Below the pieces are notes generated by a model. It was not told where the DNA came from. It worked only from the letters and a program-made list of their open reading frames with translations, and did no database searches. The translations under genes and the position numbers were made by a program. A DNA stretch of 64,000 bases, taken from positions 65,766 through 129,765 of the forward strand of contig JACPTC010000017.1 in NCBI GenBank assembly GCA_016192985.1, given 5' to 3'. This document shows positions 1 through 10,197 of the stretch, piece by piece. The number at the start of each line of letters is the position of its first letter. Position 1 is the stretch's first letter. The DNA comes from Candidatus Woesearchaeota archaeon (GTDB taxonomy: Archaea; Nanobdellota; Nanobdellia; Woesearchaeales; GW2011-AR4).

Positions 1-150
1 AGCAAATCACAGCCAAAATCTGATGTAAATGAGAATATTAACCCTTTTCTTAATTCTATCTTGAAAATGGTATACATTGCAGAATTAAGCGGGCTTCAAT
101 ATATGAATTACCCATTTGGAGTTAATATACTGGCTGTCGGAAAGAAGAAA
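1..150 (+). CDS. 3' end of a gene running in from the window edge (partial, function unknown)
   Basis: Open frame from position 1 to TAA at 148-150 (...NILAVGKKK*); no start inside the window. Confidence 0.25.
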
Positions 151-170
151 TAACAAATTACTCAACCTCT

Positions 171-869
171 ATGAGAAAAAATCTGTGGCTGTTTGACATT
201 GATGGAACTCTTGTTAACATAAATAAGATTCATCTTGCCTCTTATAAGCTCGATTATAAGGAGACAGCTGGAAAAAATGTATCGGACGGCACAATACTGA
301 GCACATTCGGCATGTCAGAAAGCGATGCACATAAAAAAATATTCCAAAAGCTCGGAATACCATACGATACAAGCCTCATCACAAAAATAATGTCATCACA
401 CATTCCAAATTTCAAAAAAATCCTAAATCAGACTGACATAATTCCATTGGAAGGTGCGATAAGTTTTTTGGAATATTTAAAAAAGCGCCGCCAATATACA
501 GGTATAGTGACAGGAAATCTGGAAGAAATTGCAAAACTTATCCTACATAAGTCTAGTTTAATAAAATCATTTTCTGCCCTGAATTGCGATGACGGCAAAA
601 GCAGCAGAATACAGATATTAAAGCGCGCAATTAATTCAGCTAAAAGGCGAAAATATAAATTTAAAAAAATAATTGTTATTGGCGATACAACCAAAGACAT
701 TGAAGCCGGAAAATATGTAAAAGCCTTAACAGTTGCTGTAGCAACAGGCTCTGATAGCATCAAAAAACTAAAAAAATTAAAACCCGATATAATGTTAAAA
801 TCCTTGAAAGACTACAGGCTCATTTTTAAAGAACTTGGCGAAGACTTATCATCTTTTCATCAACAATAG
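171..869 (+). CDS. HAD-superfamily hydrolase (subfamily IA-like phosphatase)
   Basis: N-terminal motif LWLFDIDGTLVN (DxDGT nucleophile motif), TGIVTGN, and a K...IVIGDTTKDIEAGK motif IV; 232 aa. Confidence 0.65.
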   Translation: MRKNLWLFDIDGTLVNINKIHLASYKLDYKETAGKNVSDGTILSTFGMSESDAHKKIFQKLGIPYDTSLITKIMSSHIPNFKKILNQTDIIPLEGAISFLEYLKKRRQYTGIVTGNLEEIAKLILHKSSLIKSFSALNCDDGKSSRIQILKRAINSAKRRKYKFKKIIVIGDTTKDIEAGKYVKALTVAVATGSDSIKKLKKLKPDIMLKSLKDYRLIFKELGEDLSSFHQQ

Positions 870-1849
870 CTCCTTTTCCGCTTCTTTCAAATCGTGCTCG
901 ACCATTATCCTGACCAGTTCTTTGAATTTTGTTTTTGGTTTGTAGCCAAAAGCTTTAGTCGCTTTTGAAAAGTCCCCTGTCAATGAGTCTGTTTTTCCTG
1001 GTCTAAATAGTTTTTTGTCAAATTCAACGTAATCATAAGCGTCAAGCCCGACAACCTTGAATGCCTCCTCCAAAAACTCCTTTATCGAATGAAGCTCGCC
1101 TGTGCATATTATGAAATCATCTGGATTCTTCAACTGCAATATGCGCCAGGCTGTTTCTGCATACTCTTTAGCATAGCCAAAGTCAATTTTCAGTTCTATA
1201 TCTCCAAGAATCAGCTTTTTCTGCAATCTTTTTGATATTCTGGCAGCGGCCTTGGTTATCTTTCTTGTTACATACTCTTCCAGTCGCCTGGGGCTTTCAT
1301 GATTGTAAAAAATCGCTGTAGAAGCAAACAAGCCAAAAACCTCGCGATAATACTTTGTCAACAAATAAGCAAATGCTTTTGCGCATCCGTAGGGACTTTG
1401 TGGCTTGAAATAGGCATCTTCATTTTGTGGGTTTTGGGCTTTTCCAAACATGTTTGATGACAATGGCTGGAAAAATTTTATTTTTTTGTCAACCTGTTTT
1501 ATGATTTCAAGTATCCTGCCAACAGCTGCGCCTGTAATGTCAAATGAATAATCCACTGAATCATAGCTCCAGCTTACATGGTCTTGGTCTGCCATGTTGT
1601 AAACTTCATTTGGCCCGATTTCATTAATAACTCTGTAGATTGATGTAGCATCAGCAAGGTCGCCTTTATGCAGTCTAATCTTATCTAAAATATGCATTAT
1701 ATTTTTTTTATTGCCAGTTGCACTTCTTCTTATTAACCCATGGACTTCACAACCCTTGTCGAGCAAAAGCTCAGCTAGGTATGAACCGTCTGCCCTGCTT
1801 CCGCTACTTGGCCGGTTATACCTAAAACAAGGGCTTTTTTCTCTTTCAT
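849..1849 (-). pseudogene. GDP-mannose 4,6-dehydratase-like SDR gene split by a frameshift
   Basis: The 1766..849 ORF has the GMD-like NHESPRR motif and YxxxK but lacks the Rossmann N-terminus. That N-terminus (MKEKKALVLGITGQ) lies upstream at 1849..1775 in another frame. Removing 17 nt (1791-1807) restores [23 protein letters not shown]. Confidence 0.5.
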
Positions 1850-1888
1850 TTCATACAACCTCCATTTGTATTTGTAACTTTGCTTTTT

Positions 1889-4267
1889 TCATACAATCCT
1901 GAAATTCGGCAGCGGAACAATAAATCTGCCGCCTTTTTCCCTCCATTCTTTTTCTCTTTCAATAAACTCCTTTAAGAAGGCATAGGGTAGCACTAGGAAA
2001 TAATCTGCTTTTTTCCTTGCTTCTTCTTCAGACATTATCGGAATCATTGTGCCTATTGTACACTTATTCCACTTTTCAGGGCTTTTGTCAGCAGCTCCCT
2101 CAATAAGCTCATTTGTAAGCCCGTAATACTGAAGAATGGTATTCCCCTTTGTTGATGCACCATACACATAAACCTTTTTGCCTTTCTTGACTTCTTGCCT
2201 AATAAATTCCACACACCTCTTTTTATTTTCCTCAATTCTTCTAAAAAATGCCTCGTAGTCCTCTTTTGTGAATTTTTCATCAAACAAAATGCTCCCTTTA
2301 TTGTAATGCCTCGCATATAAGCGGTAGGAACCGCCATTAACATCATTCTCCTCTATCTTAAAAATTTCCAAGCCATTTTTCTCAAAAAGGTATTTAAGAG
2401 ACTCAATGGAATAATACTCAAGATGCTCATGGCAATTATGCACTATGGCGTTTGATACAAGATAAGTTTCATCTTCGGTTTCAATGTTGTAAACCAGATT
2501 GTCATATTTTTTAAAATTAACACTTTTTACTGGAGCTAAAATATAGTTATTCTTATAGATAACATGGCAATTTTCATTACCTTTGTGTTCATAACCAAAT
2601 ATTTGCCCCAATACTTTTGATGTACCTCGTAATTGCCAAGAATCTTTTGATATTACTTCTCCACTTCTTATCTTTCTTGGATAAGGTTTCACATAGCTTA
2701 TGCCAAGCATTCCACCCAAAGATGCGGTTAGGAGTTGAACCTGTAACGCAAGAGTTTTAGATGAGGTGTGGAAATGCACCTTGTTTCCTTTGATGTAACC
2801 GTCACCATCAAATAATCCACGTAAGAAGGCTATTTTAATCTCTTCTGGCGAAAACATAATAAAATCTGGAACATGCTTGTTAATAGCCCCTTTTCCCACC
2901 AATTTAGGAAGAGCACGCGCTAAGGCAGCACAAACAACACGGACTTCAATAGAATTTCTGTCATTATAAGAAATAATGCTTGTTTTGTATTCCAGAGTTT
3001 TGAATATGTAACTTATTCTTTTTAATAGATTAGTTTCCTTTTTGTTTATAGTAAAACAAACATATGGGTTGTTGACTTTACCACCTATATGCCCTTCTGC
3101 TACATATAATCCAAGTAACCATGCAGTATCATTATTTATAGGTAGCGATGACAAACCACTTCTATAGCCACGACTATTTATTTGATTGAATTCTGTCAAG
3201 TCTATTTTATCCAAAAATTTGTTATGTATCAGTTTTGGGATAACAACAAAATCTGCTCTTCTAATTTCTTTTGCTGGAACCCACTCTAATTTGTAGTTAT
3301 CTAGTTTTGTTTTTAATTGCATACAATCATGTCTAAACCATTCTTTTTTAACAATTTTAATAGGGTGTTCAGGCGTTACCTCAATAGCTTCCAAATACAT
3401 TGGTTTAATTTTGACAATATCACCTTTAAAATGACGACTAATTGTATTTCTAATTTCCACTAATGTTCCACCATTTCCAATAGCGTAATTGCCTTTGGCT
3501 AATTTACTAATTGGTTTATTATCGCCTAAAATTATAGTGTCTGGTTTGACGCATATATTCCCAACATCGTTTTTTTCCAGCATATTCTTAAGGCACATGA
3601 GTTGAGCAACGAAAATGCCGTCTTCAGCCATTGCCTTAGCAGAGTCAGCAACAAACTGGTTTGGGTCTTCCATGTCATAAAACATTCCAATAGCGGTTAT
3701 TGCCTTTGCTTTCCCTGTGCCTAATTTTTTGTACGCATCATAGCTCCAAAAATCATGTATAATCAAATCACAATTCTGCCTGAGCTCGTTTATGAGGTTG
3801 TCAGCAGGCTCGCATCCTATTTTTATAATTCCTTTTGGATAAGATTTCAACAATGTCCCGTCATTAGCGCCAATATCCAAAACTATATCCCCTTCTTTCA
3901 GATTTGCCATTTTTGAGACAGTTTCGGTTATTTCGCGCAACGCTCTTTTCATTGTTTCCGTAAATCCTGAATGGTACCAGTAAAATTTGGAATAAAGCAG
4001 TTCCTGGGGAGCTGTGTGCCTCAATTGCAAAAGCGAACAATCTTCACAAAGAACCAATTCCAGCGGAGCTTTCATATGCTTGGAATGATCTTCCATTTTT
4101 ATAAAGTTGCTTACATACAAATTGCCCAAGGAGAAAATTGAAATAATATTGCTGGAATAGCATAATCTACAGGCTTTTATCATTGTGTAAGGCATCTGCT
4201 CCTGGTTGCTGTGAACAGCGGACAATGGAATTGTTGCCATTTTATTAATCATTAACAGGAAAACCAC
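1889..4267 (-). CDS. NDP-hexose C-methyltransferase (TylCIII-like) interrupted by an intein
   Basis: N-terminal Zn-ribbon CRLCYSS...CEDCS, class I MTase motif VLDIGANDGT, and a C-terminal NDP-hexose C-methyltransferase (TylCIII)-like domain. The mature host is 419 aa after removing the 373-aa intein. Likely real start is M25 at 4195. Confidence 0.75.
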   Translation of the reverse strand: MVFLLMINKMATIPLSAVHSNQEQMPYTMIKACRLCYSSNIISIFSLGNLYVSNFIKMEDHSKHMKAPLELVLCEDCSLLQLRHTAPQELLYSKFYWYHSGFTETMKRALREITETVSKMANLKEGDIVLDIGANDGTLLKSYPKGIIKIGCEPADNLINELRQNCDLIIHDFWSYDAYKKLGTGKAKAITAIGMFYDMEDPNQFVADSAKAMAEDGIFVAQLMCLKNMLEKNDVGNICVKPDTIILGDNKPISKLAKGNYAIGNGGTLVEIRNTISRHFKGDIVKIKPMYLEAIEVTPEHPIKIVKKEWFRHDCMQLKTKLDNYKLEWVPAKEIRRADFVVIPKLIHNKFLDKIDLTEFNQINSRGYRSGLSSLPINNDTAWLLGLYVAEGHIGGKVNNPYVCFTINKKETNLLKRISYIFKTLEYKTSIISYNDRNSIEVRVVCAALARALPKLVGKGAINKHVPDFIMFSPEEIKIAFLRGLFDGDGYIKGNKVHFHTSSKTLALQVQLLTASLGGMLGISYVKPYPRKIRSGEVISKDSWQLRGTSKVLGQIFGYEHKGNENCHVIYKNNYILAPVKSVNFKKYDNLVYNIETEDETYLVSNAIVHNCHEHLEYYSIESLKYLFEKNGLEIFKIEENDVNGGSYRLYARHYNKGSILFDEKFTKEDYEAFFRRIEENKKRCVEFIRQEVKKGKKVYVYGASTKGNTILQYYGLTNELIEGAADKSPEKWNKCTIGTMIPIMSEEEARKKADYFLVLPYAFLKEFIEREKEWREKGGRFIVPLPNFRIV
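2435..3553 (-). mobile_element. Intein with LAGLIDADG homing-endonuclease domain in the C-methyltransferase
   Basis: Starts with Cys (...VGNI|CVKPDTIILG), block B TPEHP, LAGLIDADG motifs LLGLYVAEGHIGG and LRGLFDGDGYI, ends ...AIVHN followed by +1 Cys (CHEHLEYYS). Host flanks rejoin into a conserved NI-HEH motif. Confidence 0.8.
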
Positions 4268-4271
4268 ATTT

Positions 4272-5000
4272 TTAATTCTTGCTGGTTCCTATCGCAATTA
4301 GTCTGTCCCCTATAGGGAAAATAAATTTGTTCTCAACATACTTGTACCACCAATAAATTAATTTGTTGAGTGCTGGGTTTAAAGCGCCGTAAGGATATTC
4401 CTTTTTTTTTGTTATAAGCAAGTATATCGTTGGAATGAGGCAAAAAAAATTATAATATGCCAGCTTTATGTCAGAATAGCCTGCTTTCTCAAGCTTTTCC
4501 CTGAGGAGTTTTTTTGTATACCTTTTTGTGTGCCCTATCCTTCTATCCCTCTCAGTGTACAGCCATTCGAATGTAGGCATGTCAAAAACCAATATCTTGC
4601 CATTGTTTTTAAGAACCCTTCTTGCTTCAGCCATCATCCTTTCCTCATGCTCTATGTGCTCCAGAACACCTGCAAAAAGAACCGCATCAAACTTTTCTTT
4701 TGGATGAATCTTTTCAAGCCTTATGCACTCAAAGCGCACTTTCAGCTTGTTTTTTTTTGCTTTGTCTTTTGCAAGCTTGATAAGCCTAGGGCTGATGTCA
4801 ATGCCTGTTACGTCAAGCCCTTTTCCTGCCAGATAAACAGATACTTTTCCCAAGCCGCACCCGACATCCAATATACGGTAGGCATTTATGCTCTTGAGCA
4901 GCTTATAAATAGCTTCTGCTCTTTGCTCATTGTATAAGGGTGTTTCTCTGTCCAGCGCCATCTCAGCTGCTTCAGTTTCATATTGCTCCTGCCTGTTCAT
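4272..5000 (-). CDS. Class I SAM-dependent methyltransferase
   Basis: Motif I ILDVGCGLGKVSVYLA, DxD post-I, VLFAGVLEHI motif; 242 aa. Confidence 0.7.
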   Translation of the reverse strand: MNRQEQYETEAAEMALDRETPLYNEQRAEAIYKLLKSINAYRILDVGCGLGKVSVYLAGKGLDVTGIDISPRLIKLAKDKAKKNKLKVRFECIRLEKIHPKEKFDAVLFAGVLEHIEHEERMMAEARRVLKNNGKILVFDMPTFEWLYTERDRRIGHTKRYTKKLLREKLEKAGYSDIKLAYYNFFCLIPTIYLLITKKKEYPYGALNPALNKLIYWWYKYVENKFIFPIGDRLIAIGTSKN

Positions 5001-5045
5001 ATTTTTATGGTACTAACCAAATTATTTAAATATATCTGCTTGATT

Positions 5046-5765
5046 TTATATTGTGAATCTCCATTTTATTATCTTCAAGCAATACTGAATGCCATATTTA
5101 AGCAAAACAAGCAAATTACCATCAGACTTTGATAATCCGCCTTTCCTTTGCCCGTATCCATACCCAACTTCTGCAATCCTGAATCCCCTTTTCGAGCAGA
5201 GGTACATTAACTCAACAAAATATTCCCCAAACCCTTTATCAGGAAATTTCACTTTTTTGAAAACTTCCTTTCGCACAGCTGCAAACCCAGATGTATGGTC
5301 CTTAATATAAGTTCCAAGCAATAAGCAGCTGTAAATGTTTATCAGTATGCTCAGAAACACTCTCCAATTAGCTCTTGTGTCCTTTCCACCATGCACATAT
5401 CTAGAGCCAATGACTATATCATATTCATCAAGCTTTTTCACCAGCCTTGGAATTTCTTCTGGAGGTATTCCTAAGTCACAATCCATCCACACAACCACAT
5501 TGCCTTTTGACTCATTTACGCCTCTTGCCAAAGCAGATGCAAGACCCCTTTCATGCATTCTTCTTATCAGCTTAACTTTAGGATTCCCAATATTTTTGAC
5601 AATTTTCCAAGTTCCATCAGGGCTATTGTCATCTACAACTATTATCTCAAGCAGATTTTTGCCCAAACTGGCTGATATTCTTTTGACAGCTTCCTTAATA
5701 TTGTCCTTTTCGTTATAGGAGGGCAAAACAACAGAAACCCTGAATGATAAAGAGCTTTGTCTCAT
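5046..5765 (-). CDS. GT2-family glycosyltransferase (Dpm1-like)
   Basis: VSVVLPSYNEKDNI ... IIVVDDNSPDGT (DxD) ... GSRY; 239 aa. Confidence 0.75.
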   Translation of the reverse strand: MRQSSLSFRVSVVLPSYNEKDNIKEAVKRISASLGKNLLEIIVVDDNSPDGTWKIVKNIGNPKVKLIRRMHERGLASALARGVNESKGNVVVWMDCDLGIPPEEIPRLVKKLDEYDIVIGSRYVHGGKDTRANWRVFLSILINIYSCLLLGTYIKDHTSGFAAVRKEVFKKVKFPDKGFGEYFVELMYLCSKRGFRIAEVGYGYGQRKGGLSKSDGNLLVLLKYGIQYCLKIIKWRFTI

Positions 5766-5766
5766 T

Positions 5767-6891
5767 TTAACTCTTCTTAATAGATTTGATTGAGTCCGCT
5801 ACTTTCTCTATATCCTCTCTTGTCAAATGGCTTGAAGAAGGCAGATAAAATCCATGCTTTTCAAGGTAGTCAGATACTGGATACTGCCCGCTAGCGTCTG
5901 GAAACTTTTCATCATTTTTCTTATAAACTGGCTGATTGTGCATTCCTATGAAAAAACTTCTTGTGTCAATTCCCATTTTCAGCAACTCTTCCCTGAGTTT
6001 TGGCACATCCAATCCAAATTCTTTTTCAGCCAAAATACCATACATCCAATAGACGTTTTTTGCCCATTCTGCCTCGGGAGGTGTAATGATTCCTTTTGCA
6101 TCTTTCAGGAGCTTATTGTAGTGATTGGCATTATCCCTCCTGGCAGACACATGCTGCTCTATTCTCTCCAGCTGCGCCAGTCCAATTGCTGCCTGTATGT
6201 TCGTCATTCTGTAATTATAGCCGATCCCTTCATGCAGGAATCTTGTCTGTCCGAAATAATGGTTCTTCAACAGCCTTGCATTTTCAGCCCATTTTTCATT
6301 GTTTGTGACTATCATGCCACCCTCTCCTGTTGTTATAATTTTGTTAGCATAAAAGCTGAAACAGGCTATGTCACCCAATCCACCTGTTTTTTTACCCTTG
6401 TATTCTGCACCGTGGGATTCTGCAGCGTCCTCTATAACGGGTATGCTGTATCTTGTTGATACTTTTCTGAGCTTGTCCATGTCCACAGGATGCCCATATG
6501 TGTGCACAACCATTATCGCCTTTGTCTTTTTAGTTATTTTTTCTTCTATATTGTTGATGTCAATATTCCAAGTCTCAAGCTCAGAATCAACCAAAACAGG
6601 CTTTGCTCCAGCATATATGACTGCATTGCATGACGCAATCATGGTGAAAGTTGGAATAATCACTTCATCTCCTTTGCCTATGCCCATGGCTTCAATTGCA
6701 AGATGCAAGGCTGCTGTTCCCGAGGAGCAGCTTACCCCTTGGGAAACACCGCAATAGTCACTAAATCTTTCTTCAAATTCTTTTATGAATTTTCCAGAAG
6801 AAGATATCCATCCTGACTTCAAGCATTCTGTAACATACTTTATTTCATTGCCTTTTAACGTAGGTTCGCATACTGGTATGAATTCTTTCAT
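5767..6891 (-). CDS. DegT/DnrJ/EryC1/StrS-family PLP-dependent sugar aminotransferase
   Basis: 374 aa; DIACFSFYANKIITTGEGGMIVTN (PLP-lysine region), GYNYRMTNIQAAIGLAQL. Confidence 0.8.
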   Translation of the reverse strand: MKEFIPVCEPTLKGNEIKYVTECLKSGWISSSGKFIKEFEERFSDYCGVSQGVSCSSGTAALHLAIEAMGIGKGDEVIIPTFTMIASCNAVIYAGAKPVLVDSELETWNIDINNIEEKITKKTKAIMVVHTYGHPVDMDKLRKVSTRYSIPVIEDAAESHGAEYKGKKTGGLGDIACFSFYANKIITTGEGGMIVTNNEKWAENARLLKNHYFGQTRFLHEGIGYNYRMTNIQAAIGLAQLERIEQHVSARRDNANHYNKLLKDAKGIITPPEAEWAKNVYWMYGILAEKEFGLDVPKLREELLKMGIDTRSFFIGMHNQPVYKKNDEKFPDASGQYPVSDYLEKHGFYLPSSSHLTREDIEKVADSIKSIKKS

Positions 6892-7322
6892 TTGAATTTT
6901 ATACCGCTATCCCTTAATACTCTCTTAACATAAGGATCAAGTCCTTTCTCAATCCTATTTATAATTTTATAATCTCTGTACTCATTATTAAGCGTAAATC
7001 TAAAATCCTTTTTTATTGGCTCTGCCACGAAGCATACGCTCAATGTATGAGTGCCATTATTCTTATTTTTTTTACCTTCCTCATTACCGTCAAAGCGGCT
7101 TCTTACAAAAAATTCTTCATATACTCCAATCATCTTCAGCAATTTTGCCTCAATTCCTACTTCCTCTTTCACTTTTCTCTTTACCGCTTCCTTGAATGTC
7201 TCCCCTTTCAGTATTCTGCCGCCAATAAGCCACCATTTGTTTTTTGCAGGCTCGTAAGCCCTCTTAAACAAAAAAACCCTGTTGCCGGACTTAAGCACAA
7301 CATCAACGCAAGGTACAGGCAT
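6888..7322 (-). CDS. NUDIX hydrolase (GDP-sugar hydrolase-like)
   Basis: Nudix box GGRILKGETFKEAVKRKVKEEVGIE. The longer ORF to 7454 overlaps the next gene, so the internal start MPVPCVDVV at 7322 is preferred. Confidence 0.6.
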   Translation of the reverse strand: MPVPCVDVVLKSGNRVFLFKRAYEPAKNKWWLIGGRILKGETFKEAVKRKVKEEVGIEAKLLKMIGVYEEFFVRSRFDGNEEGKKNKNNGTHTLSVCFVAEPIKKDFRFTLNNEYRDYKIINRIEKGLDPYVKRVLRDSGIKFK

Positions 7323-7365
7323 TGATTCAACTATTTTTCTGTATAGGCTTGGAGGAATCTTGGTC

Positions 7366-7815
7366 CTATAAATACTCCTTTTCAGCATCTTTCCCCCTAT
7401 ATGGCCCCTGCTTAAGCTCAACAAATTTTGAATCCTCAATAAACTTAACTTCATGAGGGCAATTGAGAATAATCATGTCTCCTCCGCCCAATAGCACGCT
7501 TGAATGCTTATCTCTTTCGTTGTATATGCCAATCTCTACCTTTCCATTTTCCACATAAAAAAATTCCTGCGGATAAACATTTTTAAGCTCTTTGAATGGC
7601 TTGTGCCTGTGAGCCTTGACATTGATTCCTGCTTTGCTTATATGAACGCCCAGCTGAAATGAGAAATCTTCAGGCGTTATGAAATTTAAGCCTGGCTTTG
7701 CAAAGCTGTTTCTAACAACAATTGCAAGCACTTTGTCATCTGCAACTATCCTCTCTACATGATGCTCCATTTTATATACGATAACTTTCCCCGCTATATA
7801 AATCTTTTTAAACAA
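7366..7815 (-). CDS. Cupin-fold protein, WxcM/FdtA-like sugar ketoisomerase candidate
   Basis: 149 aa, single cupin barrel with His cluster HRHK, sits inside the sugar cluster. Assignment is by weak similarity only. Confidence 0.35.
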   Translation of the reverse strand: MFKKIYIAGKVIVYKMEHHVERIVADDKVLAIVVRNSFAKPGLNFITPEDFSFQLGVHISKAGINVKAHRHKPFKELKNVYPQEFFYVENGKVEIGIYNERDKHSSVLLGGGDMIILNCPHEVKFIEDSKFVELKQGPYRGKDAEKEYL

Positions 7816-7895
7816 TTATTTTTAATCTCTTGAGATGGAAATTAACTATAAAGCGATAAACATTTAAATAGCGTTTTACTCTTAATCGACTTACT

Positions 7896-10148
7896 ATGGG
7901 GGCGTTATCTGTAGTTTTGTTCTTTTTGTATACATGGGGCTTTGGTTTTTCATTGGCAAAATTTGTTAAGGAGACTGAAAGTTTTTTTGAAAGAAATGTT
8001 ATAAGAATAGGCCTAGGTCTTGCTGCAGTTCCATTAGTTGGGGTAATGCTGAGCTTATTTAAGATTCCTGTTGATTGGAGAATTTTTTTAGGGCTTAGCT
8101 TATTGCACCCTTTATTTTACATTCTTAAGAACTATAAAAACTTTAAGCCGAACTTAAACCTAAAATTCAGAAAATCTGATTTGAATTTTTTGCTGGTTAT
8201 TTTGATTTTTTCATTAGCACTCCATATGTATTTGAAAGGCGCATTTGCTTATCCCTATCTTGAGGATGACGATTCATGGTCGCATGCGCTGGGCGTTAAA
8301 TATGTATCAGTCCAAAAAACTTTTTTCAACCAGTTTGGAGGCATCCATTATCTAGACCCTTATCCGCCTGTTTATGACGGCATTTTGGGGTTAATGCATC
8401 AAACATCCCCTTCACTTATGTGGACTCTTAAGTTTTTTAATGCCTTAATCATATCTTTGAGCATCCTATTTTTTTACCTTCTTGTAAAAGAATTAACAAA
8501 TAATTCGGCTGTTGCACTGTTCTCAACAATTGCTTTGTCAATGATCCCTGCTTATCTCAGCCATTTTATCTGGGCGCACTCGTTTGTGCCTGCATTTATT
8601 TTCTTGTCGTTTCTGTTTCTCGAGAGAACAAAGCACGACAAAAAGTGGATGTATCTTGCTTCTGTTGCTATTGCGGCGCTTATTCTTACTACTGTGACTC
8701 AAAGCCTGAAATTTATGTTTTTGTTTTTAATATATCTTGCGGTTAAATGCGCTATTGAAAAAAGATTTGTTTTTGAAATCTTTTTTGCAGGAGCCCTTGG
8801 TTTTATCCTCTCCCTTATATGGTGGATACCTCTCGCTTATAGATATGGAAGCGTCCTTGATTTGCTTAAAAAACTTGGGCTTGCTTCTGATGTTTTCGCC
8901 CTGCCTCTCAGCTATCTAAACAGCCCTTACCTTTATCTTGGCCTTGCTGTTTTGAGCATTGGAGCATTTGCAATTTATTATTTTATGAAGAATAAGCTGG
9001 CTGCAAACCAAAAAAGTATTTTGGGCGTGGCTTTTTCTTTACTTATTTTAGTTTCTTATTCAGTATCATATTCATTTGTAAATGGCGTTGGAACAGCTGA
9101 TAGAATATACGACTTCAATGACTTTTTCATAGCCCACAAACAAAATCTTATTAACAACCCGTTAGGATTGGGAATTGCGGTGTCTGCGCTTTTTTTTATA
9201 ACACTGATTTTCGTAATAATCAGGCAATTTTCTGTAATAAAAGCAAAAAAAGAATCAATGCCAAAAACCCAATTTCATATTCTATTATATATCAATGCAA
9301 TTAATTCAATTCTCTTAGCAGTTTCATTACTCTCTTTTTTTTCCTTTAGATTCAAGCCGGGCACTTTAATAAAGCAATGGATGCTTCGGGAGCCAAGCAA
9401 TTACTCCTATATCTACTCATTCTCATTTAAAGTTTGGGGAATTTATCTGTTAATTACAACCCTCATTATTGTAGCTTCTGTCTACATATTTTTAATTTGC
9501 AAAGGCTGCATTGAAAAGCAAAAATTTTGGATTCCACTCTCGCTTTTATGGTTTGTATACTCTTTTGCAGGATTGTACGACATACCAACCCAGATGTTCA
9601 CTTTCAGAATATGGGCAATGCTTGCCTTTATCTTAAGCATTTTTGTAGGATACGGTTTTATTTCTACTTTGAAACTGGCGCAAAGGTTAGGTGCGCCGCA
9701 AATAATAGTCTGGACGATTTTTATAGCTCTGATTTTTTATACTTCAGGAATCCAAAAATATGCGATTAACACCTCAATCTGGCCGCCCGGCGGTTTCTGG
9801 ACATCAAACGACGAAATAAAAGGCTATATCTGGCTCAAAGATAATCTGCCATCTGAAGCAAAGATATTTACTTTTTCAAACAACGGCGTGATTATAGGAT
9901 TTGATAAATACATCTGCCATTGGTGCCAGGATGTCAGGGAATTCCAAAGCAGAGGATTTAACAGCACAGCACAGGAATTGCACAAATGGCTTAAGTCCAG
10001 AAATTACCAGTATTTTGTTTTGGATGGGCAAACTGCCCGCAAGTACGGCATCAACGAGACAAACCAAAAACTGCAGTCCACACTTTCATCCGGACTATTC
10101 AAGCCGGTTTACCAGACTAACGGCTTCATTTTGTTAAATGCCGCATAA
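7896..10148 (+). CDS. Polytopic membrane protein, GT-C-like glycosyltransferase candidate
   Basis: 750 aa, about 13 hydrophobic helices, acidic DDDSWSH motif in the first loop as in ArnT/PMT/STT3-type enzymes. No WWDYG motif was seen. Confidence 0.4.
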   Translation: MGALSVVLFFLYTWGFGFSLAKFVKETESFFERNVIRIGLGLAAVPLVGVMLSLFKIPVDWRIFLGLSLLHPLFYILKNYKNFKPNLNLKFRKSDLNFLLVILIFSLALHMYLKGAFAYPYLEDDDSWSHALGVKYVSVQKTFFNQFGGIHYLDPYPPVYDGILGLMHQTSPSLMWTLKFFNALIISLSILFFYLLVKELTNNSAVALFSTIALSMIPAYLSHFIWAHSFVPAFIFLSFLFLERTKHDKKWMYLASVAIAALILTTVTQSLKFMFLFLIYLAVKCAIEKRFVFEIFFAGALGFILSLIWWIPLAYRYGSVLDLLKKLGLASDVFALPLSYLNSPYLYLGLAVLSIGAFAIYYFMKNKLAANQKSILGVAFSLLILVSYSVSYSFVNGVGTADRIYDFNDFFIAHKQNLINNPLGLGIAVSALFFITLIFVIIRQFSVIKAKKESMPKTQFHILLYINAINSILLAVSLLSFFSFRFKPGTLIKQWMLREPSNYSYIYSFSFKVWGIYLLITTLIIVASVYIFLICKGCIEKQKFWIPLSLLWFVYSFAGLYDIPTQMFTFRIWAMLAFILSIFVGYGFISTLKLAQRLGAPQIIVWTIFIALIFYTSGIQKYAINTSIWPPGGFWTSNDEIKGYIWLKDNLPSEAKIFTFSNNGVIIGFDKYICHWCQDVREFQSRGFNSTAQELHKWLKSRNYQYFVLDGQTARKYGINETNQKLQSTLSSGLFKPVYQTNGFILLNAA

Positions 10149-10197
10149 TGCTTAGCGAATAAAAATATTTATAAACAAAAATAGTGTGGGTTCTTGT

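Noticed and set aside
428-763. Antisense or embedded ORFs from the six-frame track (e.g. 428-763, 1711-1902, 2053-2346, 4530-4937, 5335-5718, 5854-6459, 31191-31724, 40000-40536, 61292-61726)
   Set aside because: All lie wholly inside, and antisense to or out of frame with, well-supported genes. They have low-complexity or hydrophobic translations and no motifs, so they are treated as spurious.
171-869. HAD hydrolase as the missing GmhB of a heptose pathway
   Set aside because: Motifs resemble subfamily IA phosphatases (DIDGTL) rather than the GmhB/HisB-N type, and it is 232 aa, so not claimed.
7896-10148. Calling the 750-aa membrane protein the oligosaccharyltransferase AglB
   Set aside because: No WWDYG motif or recognisable STT3 C-terminal domain was seen; kept as a generic GT-C candidate.
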